DNA of 64,000 nucleotides from Candidatus Poribacteria bacterium (GTDB lineage Bacteria; Poribacteria; WGA-4E; PCPOR2b): NCBI GenBank assembly GCA_965215015.1, contig OZ244042.1, positions 2,137,557 to 2,201,556 of the forward strand, read 5' to 3'. Shown piece by piece: positions 59,589 to 64,000 of this stretch (position 1 is its first letter; each line of letters starts with the position of its first letter). The notes under the pieces were generated by a model. It saw only the letters and a program-made list of their open reading frames with translations, ran no database searches and was not told where the DNA came from. The position numbers and the translations under genes were made by a program.

Positions 59589-62500
59589 ATGTCAAATCAG
59601 ATCCAAGAACGAACAACACAGGCGGGAAATCTGAACAATTTTGATGCGATTTCAATCCGAATCGCTTCGCCAGAATACATTAAGGAATGGGCAAAAAATA
59701 CAGCATGTCACCAGCGGACTAGTGGATGCACGACCAGTAACTGTGCATGTGGCGAAGTCCGGAAACCTGAAACAATTAACTATCGCACATTTCGGCCCGA
59801 ACGAGATGGCTTGTTCTGTGAGGCGATTTTTGGGCCACAAAAGGACTGGGAATGTGGATGCGGTAAGTACAAACGAATTAAACACAAAGGGGTAATCTGT
59901 GATCGATGCGGTGTTGAAGTGACTCAGCAGAGGGTGCGCCGTGAACGGATGGGGTATATCGAATTGGCAGCACCGGTATCGCATATCTGGTTTTTCAAAG
60001 GATTGCCTTCCCGGATTGGATTGTTTTTAGATCTCCCATTTCGTGATATTGAGCGGGTTATCTATTTTGAGTCGTTCATCGTATTAGAAGTCAGCGATCC
60101 AGACTGTGACCTTGGGGAAAAACAGCTCCTCACAGAGCGGGAGTACACGCAATATCGAACTAAATTTCCCGATGGCTTCCGTGCCGACATGGGTGCCGAT
60201 GCGATCCAAGAACTGTTGGAGCGAATTGATTTAGATCAGGAGATCGCAACCCTGCGCGCCGAACTTGAGGGGACCAAGAGCGAGCAAAAAAAACGGAAGC
60301 TGCGCAAGCGGTTGGAATTGGTGAGGGGCTTCAAACAGTCAGGCAATCTGCCGCACTGGATGATTCTTACCGTGATTCCGGTAATTCCACCCGACCTACG
60401 TCCGCTCGTAGCTCTCGACGGAGGACGGTTTGCCACTAGCGATTTGAATGATCTGTACCGGCGGGTGATTAATCGGAATAACCGGCTAAAACGTCTCATG
60501 GAACTCCGGGCACCAGAAGTGATTATCCGCAATGAGAAACGAATGCTCCAAGAAGCAGTTGATGCGCTACTCGACAATGGCCGTCATGGTCGCATGGTAA
60601 AAGGCCCGGGCAATCGTGGCCTGAAATCCCTTTCCGATATGCTCAAGGGGAAACCGGGACGTTTTCGTCAAAACTTGCTCGGCAAGCGCGTGGATTATTC
60701 GGGACGGACGGTCATTGTGGTTGGACCAGAACTCCAGTTGCACCAGTGTGGCTTGCCAAAGAAGATGGCCTTGGAGTTGTTTAAGCCGTTTATCATTCAT
60801 AAGCTGCAAGCAAAAGGCTATGCCCACACTATCAAACGGGCGAAAAATATGGCAGAGCAGATCTCGCCAGAGGTGTGGGAGGTGTTGGAAGAGGTCATTG
60901 ACGAGCATCCCGTGCTCCTGAACCGGGCGCCAACGCTACACCGACTTGGGATTCAAGCGTTCCAACCCGTGCTTGTCGAAGGAAAAGCAATTCGAGTCAA
61001 CCCACTCGTGTGTGAAGCATTCAATGCGGATTTTGATGGAGATCAGATGGCAGTGCATGTCCCATTAAGTGTTGAGGCACAGGTTGAAGCAAAACTACTG
61101 ATGATGGCAACGCGAAATCTTCTCAAGCCGGCACATGGTGGAGCCATTGCGGTGCCGAACCGAGATGTTGCAATGGGGTGCGGCTTCCTCACAAAAGCTG
61201 TTCCAGAAAAGGAATGGGAGAGAGTATGCCAAGTGTCAACCCCGCGAATCTATCGAGATCCGGAAGAGATTATTCTCGCACACGATTGCGATGCCCTTGG
61301 ACTACATGATCCGGTAAAACTCTACCTCGATGGGGCTACGCAGCCAATCGAAACAACCGTGGGACGAGTCATCTTTAACCAGGTTGTTCCTAATGAGTTG
61401 TTGTTCACAGATGTCAAGACGCAACAAACGCTGCCATTTGCCAACCAAGAGATGGGTTCGCGCGATCTCTCAAATTTAGTGTCTCGTGCTTTTGAGGAGT
61501 TGGGAAATCGCCAAACTGTGGGGTTTATAGATGACTTGAAGCGGCTGGGTTTTCATTACGCAACCCTTGCCGGACTCTCTATTGCTATGCAGGATATGAT
61601 CATCCCACACCAAAAGGGGGAGTTGATAAGGGAAGCACGGAAGCAGGTCGAACAGATCGAAGAGGACTTCCAAAGAGGCGACATGGACATGAGTGAGGGT
61701 GAACGCTACAACAAAGTGATTGATGTTTGGCATCAACTGATCGAACAAATCGAAACCGCCTTGTTTGATGGGTTGGAACAGGGACGGGAGGATGAGGTTG
61801 AAGGATTTAATCCTGTTCATATCATGGTGGACTCAGGCGCGATTTCTCGAAGCAAGCGGGATTCAATTCGCCAACTGGCAGGCTTGCGCGGATTGATGGC
61901 AAAGCCTTCCGGAGAGATTATCGAACAACCAATTGAGTCTTGCTTCCACGAAGGGTTGTCGGTGCTTGAATACTTCATCTCGACCCACGGGGCGCGGAAG
62001 GGACTTGCCGACACCGCGATTAAGACTGCTAGTAGTGGTTACCTGACGCGGAAGTTGGTTGATGTTGCACAAGACGTAATGATAACAACCGTGGACTGCG
62101 AAACGCTTGGCGGTGTTACTAAAACGACGGATGAAGAAGAGGAGAGTCCGTTCTCAGAACGGATTTTCGGGCGCACAGCAGCCGACGACATCGTCGACTT
62201 GAGCACAAATGAGGTGCTAGTGCCAAAGGACGAGTTGATTACCCAACACGCAGCAAAGAAAATTGAGGCAGTTGGTATCCCTGAAGTCCGCGTCCGATCT
62301 GTTTTGACCTGCGAAGCCCCCAAAGGCGCGTGCGCCAAATGTTACGGCACCGATTTGACAAGCGGCCATTTGGTCGATGTCGGGGAGGCAATCGGTATTA
62401 TTGCAGCACAATCAATTGGGGAGCCGGGGACCCAGTTAACTATGCGAACGTTCCACACAGGTGGCACCGTCAGTGGTGGTGGGTCCCAATCAAGGATTGA

Positions 62501-63833
62501 AGCTCGGCATGATGGGAAGGTTCAATATCACAATGTCAGGTTTATTGAACGTCCTGTTGAAGAGGGGCAGCAGTCCGATGTGGAGACAGAAAAGATTGTC
62601 CTTTCCCGAAATGCACAGATCCAGATTATTGATGTGCATGGATATGCAGTCGAGCGGCACGCTGCTGATGTCGGCGCACGATTATACGTCGAAGATGGGC
62701 AAAAAGTGACTAAAGGAAATTCCCAAAATGGGAAACAGGCAACATTGTTGCTTGAGTGGGATCCATATCAAGTGCCGATTCTGACAGAACATGCCGGACG
62801 CGTCGTGTTCAAGAATATTGTTGAAGGCAAAACGATGCGTGAGGACAAAGCCACCGGTTCAGCAGAACGGGTTATTATCGAACACAGAGGCGAGGATCAG
62901 CCGCAAATTGAGATTCAGGATGAGGCCGGGGAAGTCCTGATTAGCTATCAGATGCCAACAGGAGCCCACCTTTCAGTTACAGATGAGGAGCAGGTGGAAC
63001 AGGGAGCTGTCTTAGCGCGGTTGCCGCGTGAAAAAGGGCAGAGCCGAGATATTGTAACAGGGTTGCCACGAGTCACTGAGCTCTTTGAGGCACGGCGACC
63101 GAAAGACGCCGCTGTGATCTCCGAGATTGAGGGATATGTCGAACTAGAGGGGGCTAGCCGTGGGGTGCGCACCCTACGGGTGGTGAATGGAGACCTCCAG
63201 AAGAGCCGTCGCATTCCACAGGGCAAGCACCTAATTGTGCAGAATAATGATAGGGTCGCTGCCGGAGAGCGGTTGACAGATGGGCCAATCAATCCGCACG
63301 ATATCCTGGAAGTAAAAGGGAAGGAAGCGGTACAGAACTACCTGGTCAATGAAGTCCAAGATGTTTACAGAACACAAGGCGAGCGCATCAACGATAAGCA
63401 CATTGAGGTCATTGTGCGGCAGATGCTGAGTAAGGTAAGAATTGAGAGTCCAGGTGATACAGAGTTTCTCGAAGAAGAAGAAATAGAACGGGCAAGGTTC
63501 CATCGAGCGAACCAAGTTGTTGAACATAACGGCGGGCAGCCTGCAACGGCTGACTCAATCTTACAAGGAATCACGAAGGCATCCCTATCCACGGAAAGCT
63601 TCATCTCTGCTGCTTCGTTCCAGCAAACAACCAATGTGCTAACGACAGCTTCGGTTGCCGGTAAACAGGATCGGCTCGTTGGTCTGAAGGAAAATGTTAT
63701 TATGGGACATCTTATCCCCGCAGGAACCGGGTTATCTAAGTTCCGGAAGATTCGCACTTTCCCCACAACGGAAGCACAGCCTGAGTTTACTGATTCTTTA
63801 TCATCCCCGGTTGATGAACCGGCAGCGGATTGA
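59589..63833 (+). CDS. rpoC: DNA-directed RNA polymerase subunit beta'
   Basis: A zinc-binding motif, NADFDGD (the catalytic Asp triad), and the bridge-helix and trigger-loop regions are present. The GGAG box lies 7 nt before the ATG. Confidence 0.95.
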   Translation: MSNQIQERTTQAGNLNNFDAISIRIASPEYIKEWAKNTACHQRTSGCTTSNCACGEVRKPETINYRTFRPERDGLFCEAIFGPQKDWECGCGKYKRIKHKGVICDRCGVEVTQQRVRRERMGYIELAAPVSHIWFFKGLPSRIGLFLDLPFRDIERVIYFESFIVLEVSDPDCDLGEKQLLTEREYTQYRTKFPDGFRADMGADAIQELLERIDLDQEIATLRAELEGTKSEQKKRKLRKRLELVRGFKQSGNLPHWMILTVIPVIPPDLRPLVALDGGRFATSDLNDLYRRVINRNNRLKRLMELRAPEVIIRNEKRMLQEAVDALLDNGRHGRMVKGPGNRGLKSLSDMLKGKPGRFRQNLLGKRVDYSGRTVIVVGPELQLHQCGLPKKMALELFKPFIIHKLQAKGYAHTIKRAKNMAEQISPEVWEVLEEVIDEHPVLLNRAPTLHRLGIQAFQPVLVEGKAIRVNPLVCEAFNADFDGDQMAVHVPLSVEAQVEAKLLMMATRNLLKPAHGGAIAVPNRDVAMGCGFLTKAVPEKEWERVCQVSTPRIYRDPEEIILAHDCDALGLHDPVKLYLDGATQPIETTVGRVIFNQVVPNELLFTDVKTQQTLPFANQEMGSRDLSNLVSRAFEELGNRQTVGFIDDLKRLGFHYATLAGLSIAMQDMIIPHQKGELIREARKQVEQIEEDFQRGDMDMSEGERYNKVIDVWHQLIEQIETALFDGLEQGREDEVEGFNPVHIMVDSGAISRSKRDSIRQLAGLRGLMAKPSGEIIEQPIESCFHEGLSVLEYFISTHGARKGLADTAIKTASSGYLTRKLVDVAQDVMITTVDCETLGGVTKTTDEEEESPFSERIFGRTAADDIVDLSTNEVLVPKDELITQHAAKKIEAVGIPEVRVRSVLTCEAPKGACAKCYGTDLTSGHLVDVGEAIGIIAAQSIGEPGTQLTMRTFHTGGTVSGGGSQSRIEARHDGKVQYHNVRFIERPVEEGQQSDVETEKIVLSRNAQIQIIDVHGYAVERHAADVGARLYVEDGQKVTKGNSQNGKQATLLLEWDPYQVPILTEHAGRVVFKNIVEGKTMREDKATGSAERVIIEHRGEDQPQIEIQDEAGEVLISYQMPTGAHLSVTDEEQVEQGAVLARLPREKGQSRDIVTGLPRVTELFEARRPKDAAVISEIEGYVELEGASRGVRTLRVVNGDLQKSRRIPQGKHLIVQNNDRVAAGERLTDGPINPHDILEVKGKEAVQNYLVNEVQDVYRTQGERINDKHIEVIVRQMLSKVRIESPGDTEFLEEEEIERARFHRANQVVEHNGGQPATADSILQGITKASLSTESFISAASFQQTTNVLTTASVAGKQDRLVGLKENVIMGHLIPAGTGLSKFRKIRTFPTTEAQPEFTDSLSSPVDEPAAD

Positions 63834-63858
63834 GCCTGAGTAGTCTAATATCTTAGTA

Positions 63859-64000
63859 CTTACGCAGTTGACCTCTCGACGCCAACACCAGAAAAGGGCG
63901 CGCGATGTTCATCGTTGGCTGAGCCAAACTGGTGTGCTAGAGTCATGGTATCCTCAGCGATTGATCGCCGGTGAAGATGCCTCTCAACGCCCGATAAATC
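63859..64000. repeat. Partial copy of the composite MITE-like element at the window edge
   Basis: tacttacgcagttga...acaccagaaaagggcgcgcgatgtt...gtcatggtatcc matches the 5' part of 17692-18210. Confidence 0.4.

Noticed and set aside
1-64000. CRISPR arrays, rRNA genes and tRNA genes
   Set aside because: No direct repeats with regular unique spacers were found, and there is no rRNA-like conserved sequence. Intergenic regions were scanned by eye for cloverleaf-like tRNA sequences and none was found. Short tRNAs cannot be fully excluded without tRNAscan.

Overview
This looks like a bacterial chromosomal segment with about 52% GC, apparently from a repeat-rich genome. It mixes core housekeeping genes with two catabolic clusters. 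The housekeeping genes are hflX, nrdR plus a class II adenosylcobalamin ribonucleotide reductase, an EF-G paralog, smc, queG, moaB, tandem purS, and rpoB-rpoC. The first catabolic cluster holds four enolase-superfamily (MR/MLE) genes together with amidohydrolase, sulfatase-like, LLM oxidoreductase, hydantoinase B and TAXI-TRAP receptor genes. The second holds a BNR sialidase-like gene, a propeller GH-like gene, and RraA-like, AKR, epimerase, SDR and BtpA genes. The most unusual feature is in rpoB: its product carries a roughly 170-aa C-terminal module joined through an acidic 3x18-aa repeat linker. The same module, together with about 85 bp of identical 3' flank, occurs a second time as the C-terminus of a stand-alone TPR protein just downstream of the EF-G paralog. 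The module is clearly more AT-rich than its surroundings and contains a motif compatible with a PD-(D/E)xK nuclease fold; the fold assignment is inference. Other notable features are a MITE-like repeat family with GGRNTTACGCAG termini (at least 8 copies), two composite elements of about 550 bp, and an IS605 TnpB C-terminal remnant. There is also a recent tandem duplication of a membrane-anchored coiled-coil gene next to two paralogous cysteine-rich small proteins, and two damaged genes: an in-frame TGA in an MR/MLE gene and a 1-nt frameshift in a sulfatase-like gene that also has Thr at the formylglycine position. No CRISPR arrays, rRNA or tRNA genes were detected by eye.
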